Source: Anaerolineales bacterium (lineage in GTDB: Bacteria > Chloroflexota > Anaerolineae > Anaerolineales > Villigracilaceae). Taken from it: a stretch of DNA of 64,000 bases. Position 1 is the first letter of the stretch. Each line of letters begins with the position of its first letter. The notes below the pieces were generated by a model. The model was given only the letters and a program-made list of their open reading frames with translations, did no database searches and had not been told where the DNA came from. The stretch covers positions 300 through 64,299 of the forward strand of contig DAOTXP010000014.1 in the NCBI GenBank assembly GCA_034435275.1, in the 5' to 3' direction. Position numbers and translations under genes: made by a program. Below are positions 45,713 through 55,575 of the stretch, piece by piece.

Positions 45713-46198
45713 TTATGTTTGTTTGAGCAAGTCCGTGACCAGTTGCTCCGGCACCTGCACCGCGACCACCTCCCCGCGTACGGTAACCACGCCCTCCGCG
45801 ACAATCCATTCTTCGACGATCACCTTGCGGCCTTTGACCTCTTTGATGCGGCCACGCACTTCGAGGGTCGGGCCGAGAGGCGTGGGCTTGAGATAATCCA
45901 CGTGCAGGGACGCGGTGAGAAAGCGCAGGGGCGGTTCCGTATCCATGGCGCGGCCCTCGGCGCGATAGGCGGCCGCGGCGGCCGTGCCCGTTCCGTGACA
46001 GTCAATCAGCGAGGCGAGCAAACCGCCATACACGTAGCCGGGGATGGCCGTGTGATGCGGCTGGGGCGTGAAATGCGCCACGGTCTCCTCGCCATCCCAG
46101 TGACTCTTGATCTGGTGGCCGAGTTCGTTGAGACTGCCGCAACCGTAGCAGTGGGCAAAGTAATCGGGATAGTAATCCTGAAAAGCCTTTTCGGTCAT
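45713..46198 (-). CDS. PaaI-family hotdog-fold thioesterase
   Basis: The segments GYVYGGLLASLIDCHGTG...SLHVDYLKP...VRGRIKEV are typical of PaaI thioesterases. The N-terminus carries a CYGCG motif. Confidence 0.75.
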   Translation of the reverse strand: MTEKAFQDYYPDYFAHCYGCGSLNELGHQIKSHWDGEETVAHFTPQPHHTAIPGYVYGGLLASLIDCHGTGTAAAAAYRAEGRAMDTEPPLRFLTASLHVDYLKPTPLGPTLEVRGRIKEVKGRKVIVEEWIVAEGVVTVRGEVVAVQVPEQLVTDLLKQT

Positions 46199-46206
46199 GA
46201 GATCAC

Positions 46207-47076
46207 CTACGGGGTCGGAGATGGGGCCTGGGTCGCGGATGGAACGGACGTCGGCATGGATTCGAGAGTCGGCGAGGGAGTCAGGCTGGGAGTCGCAGTA
46301 GGAGGATCGCCTTCGATGACGAATATCCCGACTTTTTTTAATTCCTGTCCGACGAACAAAGCAACCTGATAATTACCCGGGAGCCACTGGTCTGCGGGCG
46401 GGCCCCAGTCCGTGAATCCATAGCCGCCCGTGCCGCCGTCCCAAGGCTTGGTCTCGTGGAATACATAAACACCATCGCGATACCAGATGGCAGTCCACTG
46501 CGCGCCGGGCAGCATGTCGGTATATGTGAAGACGCCGTACATGTGGTCAATCGGGTTGCGGAAGAACGTGCCCGGGCTGACTGCCTCGATGACGCCATTG
46601 GACACGTCAATGTTGATGACGGTCGAAAATTGCAGCGGGCTGAAGTTGGCGTTGGGGTTCGGCGTGACCAGGCTGGTGAACTGGGCCTCCACCGCGGGGG
46701 GCAGGTAAGGGGTCGGAGTGATCGTGGAGGTGTCGGTCACGGCGGGTGTGTCGGTCACGGAGGGAGTCAGCGTGATGGAGGGCGTCAGGGTGATGGTCGG
46801 TACGAGGGACGGGGTCACCGTCAACGTGGGACTGGGCGAGGGAGGAAAATAGTGATAGGCCACCGGCTCACCCCAGACCCCCAGTGCGGCCGCGAGGCCC
46901 AGGAGGAGGATTGCCAGCCCAATCAAACGCCAGCCGGCAACCATCCGCCCGCGGCGCAGTTTAAAGAAAGTGAGTTTGCGAGCGGATTGAATGGCGCGCA
47001 GGCCGGCGCGCACGATAAAGAATGCGCCGACCAAAGACATAATGATCGCGGCGATAATCCCAGCGCGGATATCCAT
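46207..47076 (-). CDS. N-terminally anchored surface protein: TM, PT linker, conserved unknown domain, PT tail
   Basis: TM helix GIIAAIIMSLVGAFFIV followed by RKLTFFKLRRGR, a PT linker, and a domain with GAQWTAIWYRDG...KPWDGG..GYGF. Short paralog of the N-terminal part of the next gene. Confidence 0.6.
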   Translation of the reverse strand: MDIRAGIIAAIIMSLVGAFFIVRAGLRAIQSARKLTFFKLRRGRMVAGWRLIGLAILLLGLAAALGVWGEPVAYHYFPPSPSPTLTVTPSLVPTITLTPSITLTPSVTDTPAVTDTSTITPTPYLPPAVEAQFTSLVTPNPNANFSPLQFSTVINIDVSNGVIEAVSPGTFFRNPIDHMYGVFTYTDMLPGAQWTAIWYRDGVYVFHETKPWDGGTGGYGFTDWGPPADQWLPGNYQVALFVGQELKKVGIFVIEGDPPTATPSLTPSPTLESMPTSVPSATQAPSPTP

Positions 47077-47113
47077 GGGGAAGATTATAGCACGCAGGCG
47101 TAACGGTCGTTCA

Positions 47114-50100
47114 TCACGGGCGAGGGGTGGACGTGGCAGTCGGCTGAACGGGGAAGTGCACGATGCGCGGCTCTACCCACAGGGCACGGTCGTTGGAGGC
47201 CTGTCCGATCGAAAGGATGGTCAGCACGAACTTGACGTTCTGCCCGGCCAGGGAACTGAGATCCAAATCAACGCTGAATGAACTACCTTCGTACCGTTCG
47301 CCGAACGCCCAAAACTCGCGAATGAAACCACCTTCCATTTGATAGTCCACCCTGAACAGGACAAAGCAAGCCGTCGCCTTGTTCTCGCAACCGATCACCG
47401 CCTGGAAGCGGTCGCCTTCCTGAACCGTGTAGGATGGATATACGGCGCGGATGTAGCCGTTATCCACATTCTGCGGGACGGTCAATAAGGCCGGTCGATT
47501 CTGAGCCGATCCGTTTTCGAGGACGGGATTGGTTAGTTTCAGGACGAAGCCGTTTGCATCGCCGTCCCTGCCCGGACAATTCAGGTTGCCCACGCCGCTG
47601 AACCACTTCGCCGAACAGGCGTTAGCGACGAAGTCGTAGGTCGTACCCTGCTGGGGCACGCCGACAACCCGAATGGAAACCCAGAAGGGGCGATTGGCTG
47701 TGGAAGCCGTCCCGAAGATCTCACCGGCCTCGTTCTTCAATTGCCAGTTGCCGCGATAGTTTCCTTCTGCCAGGGGTGCGACGAGATTAACCGCCACGTC
47801 AATGGTCTGCCCAGGGGCAACGCTCGCCGGGAGCGGCAGTTGCTGCACCCCGCCCATGATGTCGCCGCTGACAAAGACAATGTTATAGGTGGTCTTCCAC
47901 GTGCATGTTCCAACATTTTTCAAGCGCCAGATCTTGGTGAACGTCGTACCAGGCGAGAAGGTCGAGCCGTCGGGAACAGTGATGTCGGCGACGAATTCGG
48001 CGCGGTCACACCCGCGATTCGGGGTCGGAGTGTTCGTCCGCAGAATGGGGGTTAGCGTTCTGGTAACCGTCGCCGTCCGAGTTGGTGTACGCGAGGGCGT
48101 GCGGGTGAAGGTGGGCGTCCGCGTCGATGTGCGTGAGGGTGTGAGAGTCGGCGTTGGAGTCTTTGTCGGCGTCACAGACGGTGTCAACGTCGGCGTGCGG
48201 GTAACGGTGGCGGTGAAAGTCAAAGTTGGTGTCCGCGTCGGACGCGGTGTTTCGGTCGGGATCGGCGTCCGCGTGGCTGTGTTCGTTGGCGTGCGCGAGG
48301 GCGTGAAGGTCAGTGACGGCGTGAAAGTTGCCGTGAAGGTCGAGGTCGGAGTACGCGTGTTGGTTGGCGTTTCGGTTGGCCGCGGTGTCCGCGTCGGACG
48401 CGGTGTTTCGGTCGGGATCGGCGTCCGCGTGGCTGTGTTGGTCGGCGTACGTGAGGGCGTGAAAGTGACCGTTGGAGTCCATGTTGACGTGAACGTCGCA
48501 GTCGGTGTGCGCGTCGGACGCGGCGTGTCAGTCGGAATCGGTGTCCGCGTCGGACGCGGTGTTTCGGTCGGGATCGGCGTCCGCGTGGCTGTGTTGGTCG
48601 GCGTACGTGAGGGCGTGAAAGTGACCGTTGGCGTCCATGTTGACGTGAACGTCGCAGTCGGTGTGCGCGTGAAGGTTGGCGTTTCGGTTGGCCGCGGGGT
48701 GCGCGTGGGACGCGGCGTATCGGTCGGGATCGGCGTCCGCGTGGCTGTGTTCGTCGGCGTACGCGAGGGCGTGAAGGTCAGTGACGGCGTGAAAGTTGCC
48801 GTGAAGGTCGAGGTCGGAGTACGCGTGTTGGTTGGCGTTTCGGTTGGCCGCGGTGTCCGCGTCGGACGCGGCGTCTCGGTCGGGATCGGCGTGCGCGTCG
48901 GGCGCGGCGTCTCGGTTGGAGTATGAGTCCGTGTGGGTGTGTTCGTCGGAGTCCGCGAGGGTGTGAAGGTGATCGTCGGTGTCCGGGTCGCAGTGAAAGT
49001 TGAAGTCGGAGTCCGCGTAGGACTCGGCGTGTTTGTCGGTGTGTGAGTCCGCGTGGGCGTGTTCGTGGGCGTGAAGGTGGGAGTCCGCGTAACAGTCGGT
49101 GTCCAGGTCGGGGTCAGGGAATGGGTTGGGCTGGGCGTAAAGGACGGGTCGAGACAAACGGGAATCGAATCGGTGAACCCGAACGGGTCACGCGTGGAGC
49201 CGTGCTCGTCGTAAATCTTCACATATCGAATGTATGGGAATTGCTTCAGATTCGCCATGAGGGGCTGGGCGATGGTGTAGAGCGTACCATTGGACTGGCA
49301 GGCCCCCAATAGATAGAGATGCGCAATGCCGTCCGCGTATGCAAATCGGTCGTAGCCGGTGAAACCATTCAAGACCAGGGTCAGGCCCTCTTCGCGTTCG
49401 GTGGATGTGGGTCCTCTGAAATACAAATCCAACACCGCAGCGACAGGATTCTTCGACGAGGGCACACTGCGACTCACAGCCACCTCGTAAGGTAACTGCC
49501 CGCTGACCAAACGGTCGTTATCCGTAAAGTAAACGTCCATTCCCACTTCCAGAGGCGTACGCGTCGGAGAGGCCGTGAAGGTCGGGCGCGGCGTGCGCGA
49601 GGGGGTGAACGTGGCAGAAGGCGTGAACGTGCGCGTGGACGTTGCGGTGGAGGTGGGCGTGCGGCTGGGAGGCGGCGTGTTCGTCGGTGTGAAGGTGCGC
49701 GAGGGCGTCCGCGTCGGCGTGGACGAGGAGGGGAGAGTCACGGTCGGCGTGCGCGTGGCGGAAGCGGTCCGCGTCGGCGTACGACTCGGGCGAGGCGTCT
49801 CGGTTGGAATGGGGGAATTCGTTGGAGTCCGCGAGGGCGTCAGGGTCGGGGTCGGCGTGCGCGCGGCGGTGTTGGTGGACGTGGGCGTACGCGTGGAAGT
49901 TGTCGTTGGAAGAGGCGTTCGCGAAGGTGTGTAGGATGGCTGGCCCGGGAGAACAGCGGGCAGAGGCGTCGCGGTGGCAGTGGGGACCGGCGTGCGAGTG
50001 GAAGTGGGCGAAGCCGTCTGGCTGGGCGTGCGCGAGGGAACGGGGGTCGAGGTGCCGGTCGCGGTGCGGGTGGGAGTGCGCGAGGGCGTCCGCGTGGGAA

Positions 50101-50935
50101 GCGGCGTGTTCGATGGAGTCGAGGTCAGGGTCGCAGTGGGACTCGGCGTGCGGGTGAGAGTCGGACTGGGGGTGAAGGTCGCGGTCGGCGGATTGCCGGT
50201 CAGAGTGAAGCGTCCGCTGGCCTCCCATAGGGAGCCGACATAAATCTGTACTTCGTACTCACCTGCCAGCCACTCATCCGGCGGCAACTCGCAATCGGAA
50301 AAGCCATAGCCGCTCGGCAGGCCGTCCCAGGGTTTGGTTTCGAGGCACTTGCCGAGCAGCTGGCCGTTCTGATACCATAGCGCGGTCCACTGCACGCCGG
50401 GGGTCATATGGCTGACTGTGAAAACTGCAAACATGCGCTTGATGGGATTGCGCCAGGTGGTGCTGGGATTGACTGGCAGGGCGAATTCCATTTCGGTGGA
50501 AAATTTGAGTTCGCCGATCTGGACCTGCGGGTCCGGTGTGATCGTGCTGGAGGAAAGCGCCTCGATGGCCGGAGGCAGAACGGGGACAGGGGTATAAGTC
50601 GGTTCGGGTGTGAGGAAAAACGTGGGTGGCAGCGGCGTCGGAGTCATCCATGCCGTCTGGGTTGCAGTGGGAGGACGCGTGGAGGTTGGCGCGGGCGGCG
50701 TCGCCCGTGCGGTGAGAGATTCGCCATAGCGATACGCCAAAAAGCCCAGAACGAAAATCAAAAGGGAGACCCCGATGAATCGCCACCCGACGGTCACGCG
50801 CTGTTGGCGCTGACGGAAAAACGTCAGGCGGCGGCCGGACGAGATGGCGCGCAGTCCCGCGACGAACAGACCCAGCGCGACCGCCGCCAGCAGGAAGACA
50901 ACGACCCATATCCAGAGTTGAATATTCACCAGCAA
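47114..50935 (-). CDS. 1273-aa multidomain surface protein
   Basis: Single uninterrupted ORF. In order it contains the following:
- a TM anchor
- a shared unknown domain
- a PT region
- a GerMN-like domain (about 49170-49545: [18 protein letters not shown]..., [15 protein letters not shown])
- a PT tandem-repeat region
- an NBR1-like Ig domain (47663-47995: [27 protein letters not shown])
- a C-terminal unknown domain. Confidence 0.8.
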   Translation of the reverse strand: MLVNIQLWIWVVVFLLAAVALGLFVAGLRAISSGRRLTFFRQRQQRVTVGWRFIGVSLLIFVLGFLAYRYGESLTARATPPAPTSTRPPTATQTAWMTPTPLPPTFFLTPEPTYTPVPVLPPAIEALSSSTITPDPQVQIGELKFSTEMEFALPVNPSTTWRNPIKRMFAVFTVSHMTPGVQWTALWYQNGQLLGKCLETKPWDGLPSGYGFSDCELPPDEWLAGEYEVQIYVGSLWEASGRFTLTGNPPTATFTPSPTLTRTPSPTATLTSTPSNTPLPTRTPSRTPTRTATGTSTPVPSRTPSQTASPTSTRTPVPTATATPLPAVLPGQPSYTPSRTPLPTTTSTRTPTSTNTAARTPTPTLTPSRTPTNSPIPTETPRPSRTPTRTASATRTPTVTLPSSSTPTRTPSRTFTPTNTPPPSRTPTSTATSTRTFTPSATFTPSRTPRPTFTASPTRTPLEVGMDVYFTDNDRLVSGQLPYEVAVSRSVPSSKNPVAAVLDLYFRGPTSTEREEGLTLVLNGFTGYDRFAYADGIAHLYLLGACQSNGTLYTIAQPLMANLKQFPYIRYVKIYDEHGSTRDPFGFTDSIPVCLDPSFTPSPTHSLTPTWTPTVTRTPTFTPTNTPTRTHTPTNTPSPTRTPTSTFTATRTPTITFTPSRTPTNTPTRTHTPTETPRPTRTPIPTETPRPTRTPRPTETPTNTRTPTSTFTATFTPSLTFTPSRTPTNTATRTPIPTDTPRPTRTPRPTETPTFTRTPTATFTSTWTPTVTFTPSRTPTNTATRTPIPTETPRPTRTPIPTDTPRPTRTPTATFTSTWTPTVTFTPSRTPTNTATRTPIPTETPRPTRTPRPTETPTNTRTPTSTFTATFTPSLTFTPSRTPTNTATRTPIPTETPRPTRTPTLTFTATVTRTPTLTPSVTPTKTPTPTLTPSRTSTRTPTFTRTPSRTPTRTATVTRTLTPILRTNTPTPNRGCDRAEFVADITVPDGSTFSPGTTFTKIWRLKNVGTCTWKTTYNIVFVSGDIMGGVQQLPLPASVAPGQTIDVAVNLVAPLAEGNYRGNWQLKNEAGEIFGTASTANRPFWVSIRVVGVPQQGTTYDFVANACSAKWFSGVGNLNCPGRDGDANGFVLKLTNPVLENGSAQNRPALLTVPQNVDNGYIRAVYPSYTVQEGDRFQAVIGCENKATACFVLFRVDYQMEGGFIREFWAFGERYEGSSFSVDLDLSSLAGQNVKFVLTILSIGQASNDRALWVEPRIVHFPVQPTATSTPRP
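48017..49135 (-). repeat. Coding tandem repeats (about 51-53-aa Pro/Thr-Arg units, with a 468-bp higher-order repeat)
   Basis: The plus-strand word tccgcgtcggacgcggtgtttcggtcgggatcggcgtccgcgtggctgtgtt recurs near 48232, 48385 and 48543. The segment starting gcgtgaaggtcagtgacggc at 48301 recurs at 48769, an offset of 468 bp. Confidence 0.85.
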
Positions 50936-50987
50936 GATTATAGCATGGCCGCTTGACGGTCTTTGCAGGCTATGCTACAGTTCGAGC

Positions 50988-51788
50988 ATGCCCGAACTGG
51001 TCTTCCTCAAGCTGGGCGGATCATTGATCACAGACAAGACCCGGCCATACACGCCGCGGCTGGATAAACTGGCCGATTTGGCCGGGCAGATCGCATCGGC
51101 TCTTTCCGCGGACCCGGGCCTGCGTCTCCTCGTAGGACATGGCTCCGGCTCCTTCGGGCATACCGCCGCACAACAGTATGGGACGCGGCAGGGTGTGCGC
51201 GAGGCGCGCGGCTGGCGCGGCTTCTCCGAAGTGGCAGACCGCGCCAGGGAATTAAACGATTTCGTCATGCGCGCCCTGCACATGGCGGGCATCCCGGCCA
51301 TGCCGTTTCCACCCTCGGCCGCGGCGATCGCGAGCAATGGCCAAGTGACCCTGTGGGAATCCACGCCGATCCGCATGGCGCTGGCGAACAAAATCCTGCC
51401 GGTCGTATATGGGGATGTGGCCTTCGACGAAGTACGCGGCGGAACCATTCTCTCGACCGAAGACCTGTTCGCCCACCTGGCAAAGACTCTCCTCCCCCAA
51501 CGTATTCTGCTAGCCGGGCTGGAAGAGGGTGTGTGGGCCGACTTCCCGGCGCGCACGCGCCGCGTCGAGGAGATCACGCCCGCCTCGTTTCGCGAGATCC
51601 AGGGCGGGGTGGGGAAAGCCGCGGGCGCCGACGTCACAGGCGGGATGGAATCCAAGGTCAAACAAATGCTGGACCTGGTGGATCAACTGCCCGGCATGAC
51701 AGCGGAAATCTTCTCCGGGGAAGTCGCCGGGGCCGTGACGCGCGCCCTGGGCGGGACACAGGTGGGTACGTTGATCCGCGGGGGTTGA
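50988..51788 (+). CDS. Isopentenyl phosphate kinase (amino-acid-kinase fold)
   Basis: FLKLGGSLITDK, VGHGSGSFGH, VVYGDV and DVTGGMESKV match the IPK pattern of the alternative mevalonate pathway. Confidence 0.75.
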   Translation: MPELVFLKLGGSLITDKTRPYTPRLDKLADLAGQIASALSADPGLRLLVGHGSGSFGHTAAQQYGTRQGVREARGWRGFSEVADRARELNDFVMRALHMAGIPAMPFPPSAAAIASNGQVTLWESTPIRMALANKILPVVYGDVAFDEVRGGTILSTEDLFAHLAKTLLPQRILLAGLEEGVWADFPARTRRVEEITPASFREIQGGVGKAAGADVTGGMESKVKQMLDLVDQLPGMTAEIFSGEVAGAVTRALGGTQVGTLIRGG

Positions 51789-51931
51789 GGCATTCACCCC
51801 AGCAGGGAGGAAATCCAGCGTGACAAAAATTACTCAAAATCTGGATGGAAGTCTATTGCTTATTTCCCCAAAATCGTCCAAAATTAACGGGAAACCCCGT
51901 GCCGACGACGATATATCAATGAGGAGACTAT

Positions 51932-53914
51932 ATGGCAACAAAAGCAAAACCCAAAGCAAAGGCAAAACCCGCCGTGAAGAAACCCATCGTTAAGAAGAAA
52001 GCCGCTGCGAAGAAGTTCCCCTTCGCACCGACCAAACTCAAACTGCTCAAGCCCGTGCCATCCGATATCGAGATCGCGCAGGCCGGAAAACTCAAGCCGA
52101 TTTTACAAATCGCGGAAGAGTTGGGAATCAAGGAGAGCGAACTCGAACTCTTCGGCCCGTACAAGGCCAAGATCAAACTGGAAATTCTCGACCGTCTTGC
52201 CAAACGCCCGAACGGCAAATACATTGACGTAACTGCCATCACCCCCACCCCGCTCGGTGAAGGCAAGACGACCACTACTGTCGGCGTTTCGCAGGCGCTG
52301 GGCGCGCACCTCGGCAAAAAGGTGATGACCGTCATCCGCCAGCCCTCGCAGGGACCAACCTTCGGCATCAAGGGCGGCGCGGCCGGCGGCGGCTACAGCC
52401 AGATCATCCCGATGGAGGACTTCAACCTGCACCTGACGGGCGACATCCACGCCATCACCGCCGCGCACAACCTGTGCGCCGCCGCGCTGGACACGCGCAT
52501 CATGCACGAGGCCAACACGCCGGACGACGACAAACTGTTCGACGCACTCTGCCCGCCAAACAAAAAAGGCGAGCGCAAGTTTTCCCCGTCCATGCTGCGC
52601 CGCCTGAAGAAACTCGGTATCGAGAAGACCGATCCCAACGAACTGACCCCCGAAGAGAAGAGCCGCTTCGCCCGCCTCGATATGGACTACAGCGGCGTGC
52701 AGTGGCGCCGCGTCATTGACATCAACGACCGCATGCTGCGCGACGTCCAGGTCGGCCTGGGCAAGGATGAGGCTGGCTTCGAGCATCGCTCCGGCTATGA
52801 CATCACCGTCGCCTCCGAGATCATGGCCATCCTCGCGCTGACGACCGGTCTCGAAGACATGCGCGACCGACTCGGGCGCATGGTGGTGGCGGTGAACAAA
52901 CGCGGCGAAGCCATCACCGCCGAAGACCTGGGCGTGGCCGGTGCGATGACCGTCCTGATGAAGGACGCCATCAAACCCAACCTGATGCAGACCCTCGAAG
53001 GCACGCCCGCCATGGTCCACGCCGGACCGTTCGCCAATATCGCCCACGGCAACAGTTCCATCATCGCCGACAAGATCGCCCTCAAACTGGCGGATTACGT
53101 CATCACCGAATCGGGCTTCGGCGCGGACTGCGGCATGGAAAAGTTCATGAACATCAAGTGCCGCTATTCGGGGCTGACTCCGCACGTGGTCGTCATCGTT
53201 GCCACCGTGCGCGCCCTGAAGATGCACGGCGGCGGGCCGAAAGTGGTGGCGGGCAAGCCCCTGGCCCACGAATACACCGAGGAAAACCTCGACCTGTTGC
53301 GCAAGGGTCTGCCCAACCTGACCCAGCACATCGAAAACGCCCGCAAGTTCGGCGTGAACGTGGTGGTCGCGGTCAACTCATTCGCAACCGACACGCCCGC
53401 CGAGGTGGAGTTGGTCCGCCAGGCCGCGCTGGAAGCGGGCGCGATGGACGCGGTCGTCTCGCGCCATTGGATGGAAGGCGGCAAGGGCGCCATCAAACTG
53501 GCCGAGGCGGTGGTCAAAGCCTGCGAACAGCCCAGCAACTTCCGCTTCCTCTACGACCTGAACCTGTCCATCAAGGAAAAAATCGAGATCATCGCCCGAG
53601 AAATTTACCGCGCCGACGGCGTGGACTATACGCCCGAGGCCGAGGCCAAGATCGAACAGTTTACAAAACTTGGCTTCGCAGGTCTGCCGATGTGCATGGC
53701 AAAGACGCACCTTTCGTTCACGCATGACGCCAGTCTCAAGGGCGCGCCGCGCGGCTTCCGCGTTCCGATCCGCGACATTCGTGCGTCGGTCGGAGCGGGC
53801 TTCCTGTATCCCCTGCTCGGCGAGATGCGCACCATGCCCGGACTTCCGACGCGTCCCGTGTTCTATGACGTGGACCTCGACCTGAAGACCGGCAAGGTGG
53901 TCGGGTTGTTCTAA
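51932..53914 (+). CDS. fhs: Formate-tetrahydrofolate ligase, long form with a Lys/Ala-rich N-terminal tail
   Basis: [58 protein letters not shown] and the C-terminal [16 protein letters not shown]. Confidence 0.95.
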   Translation: MATKAKPKAKAKPAVKKPIVKKKAAAKKFPFAPTKLKLLKPVPSDIEIAQAGKLKPILQIAEELGIKESELELFGPYKAKIKLEILDRLAKRPNGKYIDVTAITPTPLGEGKTTTTVGVSQALGAHLGKKVMTVIRQPSQGPTFGIKGGAAGGGYSQIIPMEDFNLHLTGDIHAITAAHNLCAAALDTRIMHEANTPDDDKLFDALCPPNKKGERKFSPSMLRRLKKLGIEKTDPNELTPEEKSRFARLDMDYSGVQWRRVIDINDRMLRDVQVGLGKDEAGFEHRSGYDITVASEIMAILALTTGLEDMRDRLGRMVVAVNKRGEAITAEDLGVAGAMTVLMKDAIKPNLMQTLEGTPAMVHAGPFANIAHGNSSIIADKIALKLADYVITESGFGADCGMEKFMNIKCRYSGLTPHVVVIVATVRALKMHGGGPKVVAGKPLAHEYTEENLDLLRKGLPNLTQHIENARKFGVNVVVAVNSFATDTPAEVELVRQAALEAGAMDAVVSRHWMEGGKGAIKLAEAVVKACEQPSNFRFLYDLNLSIKEKIEIIAREIYRADGVDYTPEAEAKIEQFTKLGFAGLPMCMAKTHLSFTHDASLKGAPRGFRVPIRDIRASVGAGFLYPLLGEMRTMPGLPTRPVFYDVDLDLKTGKVVGLF

Positions 53915-53939
53915 GAGTCCGCGCACAGCGTAAGATGAG

Positions 53940-53966
53940 TCAGCCCCGTCGCATGGACGGGGCTGA
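53940..53966. terminator. Bidirectional hairpin between convergent genes
   Basis: tcagccccgtc-gcatg-gacggggctga, a perfect 11-bp stem. Confidence 0.6.
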
Positions 53967-53970
53967 TGCG

Positions 53971-55521
53971 TTAACGTGCCTGGACGTAATAAATCTGTCC
54001 ACTCTGATCTTTGAAGACCAGTCTCAGGTCGGCCAGTTCGGAGAGTTCGTGCGGGGAAAGCAGATGGATGTACTCATTCGGCTCGAACCATATGAGGTAG
54101 CCCGGCCGATCGTGCGGCCAGCCGACGTAGTTTTCGATGGGAGTACTCCTGCGCGGCAAAACATTGGCGGGCTGGCGTGTAAAGAACCAGACTGCATCCA
54201 CATAGTTGCTATAAAAAACCGCCTCAGGCTCGGCGGCGCGCAATCTCTGCATTTCGGCCACGATTGCCATTTCATGGAAAGTGCGGTTGTTGTAAAAGTT
54301 ATAGTTGCTCGGCTCTCCCTGAACGCGGGCATCGGCCAGATACTTGAACATGCTGTAGCCGGGATACACCGACCATGCGGCAAAGAGCAAGGCAAGCCCA
54401 CAACTTGCCTGCCGCGAGGTCAACCGCACGTGAGGCCGCAGAAGTGTATCGAAAGTGATGAGAACAATGATGATCGTTGGAACCAGCAGAATGACGTAAT
54501 AACGATCCGAGGTCAGGTCGAGGTGGTCACCAGTGACAATGGTCAGCGCCACCGCCGCGAAGTAGACCAGGGTGTGAATCATCGCCGGATACGTGGATGG
54601 CACAGAGAGCGCATCCCGCCAGGCGCGCAGGTTTTCCCTTTTCTTCCAATTGATAAAAATCAAAACCAGTGTCAACAAACCCAGCGGAACGAGCGGACGC
54701 GTCAACGCGGGCATCAATGAAGGATGATACGGCACAAACCAGTGCAGCATCTTGGTCAGGGCCAGCGTGACGTTCATCCACACATCCGACGGCGGACTGC
54801 CCGTCCCCCACAACGTGCCGTAGGTCATGATATTGTGAATCCCCAGCCACCAGCCAATCGGCAGGATGGATAATATGCCGAGGATCAATCCGTCACGCAG
54901 GAGAACGCGCGGCGACCTTCGATTCTCGATGAGAATGACGAATCCCGCCGTGACCCCCAGCGCGGGTCCCACGTACCGCTGCATGGGCGCCAGCATGCTC
55001 AGCACGACCATCCAGGCAAAGGCCGCATAAGACTTGCTCGTAATGTATGGGTCAATCGCCAGCAGAAAAGCCAGCGTCAACGTCAGATAAAACGGGTCGG
55101 CGCCGATGGTGGCGTGGATGCGCAATGACGAAAGCGACAGCGCCGCAAACAGGCTGGCAAGAATTGCATACAGCGGCTTCTCGCGAAAGACGCGCCGGAA
55201 GAGCATCCCGCCCAGGAAGAGATTGAGTCCCAGCAGGAGGATATTGAAATACCAGCCTGCAACAAAGACATCCATCCCGCTGAGCAGGCTGAGACCGGCA
55301 AGGATCAATGGATACAACGGCGGCCAGGAAAGGAGCGGCAGGCCGCGATGATCTACAAGTCCGTTGCCTGCCAGCAGGTTTTCGGCCACAGACATGTACT
55401 TGGTCGAATCGGAGGAGACCGCCGCACCGTATTTCGAGGTGGCGATTCCGCCCAATGCCGCCACGACGAGGGAGAGGGCGAGGAGAAAAATCCAATACGC
55501 GTTTTTGCGAAGAAGGGGCAT
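53971..55521 (-). CDS. GT-C fold membrane glycosyltransferase (PMT_2/ArnT-like, GT39/GT83-like)
   Basis: Polytopic N-terminal part with a first-loop acidic motif (AVSSDSTKYMSVAENLLAGNG). Many TM helices, then a soluble C-terminal domain. Confidence 0.65.
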   Translation of the reverse strand: MPLLRKNAYWIFLLALSLVVAALGGIATSKYGAAVSSDSTKYMSVAENLLAGNGLVDHRGLPLLSWPPLYPLILAGLSLLSGMDVFVAGWYFNILLLGLNLFLGGMLFRRVFREKPLYAILASLFAALSLSSLRIHATIGADPFYLTLTLAFLLAIDPYITSKSYAAFAWMVVLSMLAPMQRYVGPALGVTAGFVILIENRRSPRVLLRDGLILGILSILPIGWWLGIHNIMTYGTLWGTGSPPSDVWMNVTLALTKMLHWFVPYHPSLMPALTRPLVPLGLLTLVLIFINWKKRENLRAWRDALSVPSTYPAMIHTLVYFAAVALTIVTGDHLDLTSDRYYVILLVPTIIIVLITFDTLLRPHVRLTSRQASCGLALLFAAWSVYPGYSMFKYLADARVQGEPSNYNFYNNRTFHEMAIVAEMQRLRAAEPEAVFYSNYVDAVWFFTRQPANVLPRRSTPIENYVGWPHDRPGYLIWFEPNEYIHLLSPHELSELADLRLVFKDQSGQIYYVQAR

Positions 55522-55542
55522 GGAGACCGAAGAACTTTTTAA

Positions 55543-55570
55543 CCCGCCCCCGCCGGGCGGCAGGGGCGGG
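55543..55570 (-). terminator. GC-rich hairpin after the FGE-like gene
   Basis: cccgcccc / ggggcggg stem. On the minus strand it is followed by ttaaaaag. Confidence 0.45.
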
Positions 55571-55575
55571 AAACT

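Noticed and set aside
48017-49135. Possible CRISPR array, suggested by regularly spaced near-identical DNA words.
   Set aside because: The repeats are contiguous coding units of a Pro/Thr-rich protein in one open frame. There are no unique spacers, no cas genes, and the unit length of about 153 bp is wrong for CRISPR.
47114-50935. Diversity-generating retroelement or phase-variable adhesin locus.
   Set aside because: No reverse transcriptase and no template-repeat/variable-repeat pair with adenine-specific differences is visible in the window. Repeat variation looks like ordinary tandem-unit divergence.
51789-51931. ZTP (pfl) or THF riboswitch upstream of fhs.
   Set aside because: I could not find the conserved cores (for example GGGUCGUGA...CCGCCUGGGC for ZTP) by eye. 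A covariance-model scan (Rfam) would be decisive.
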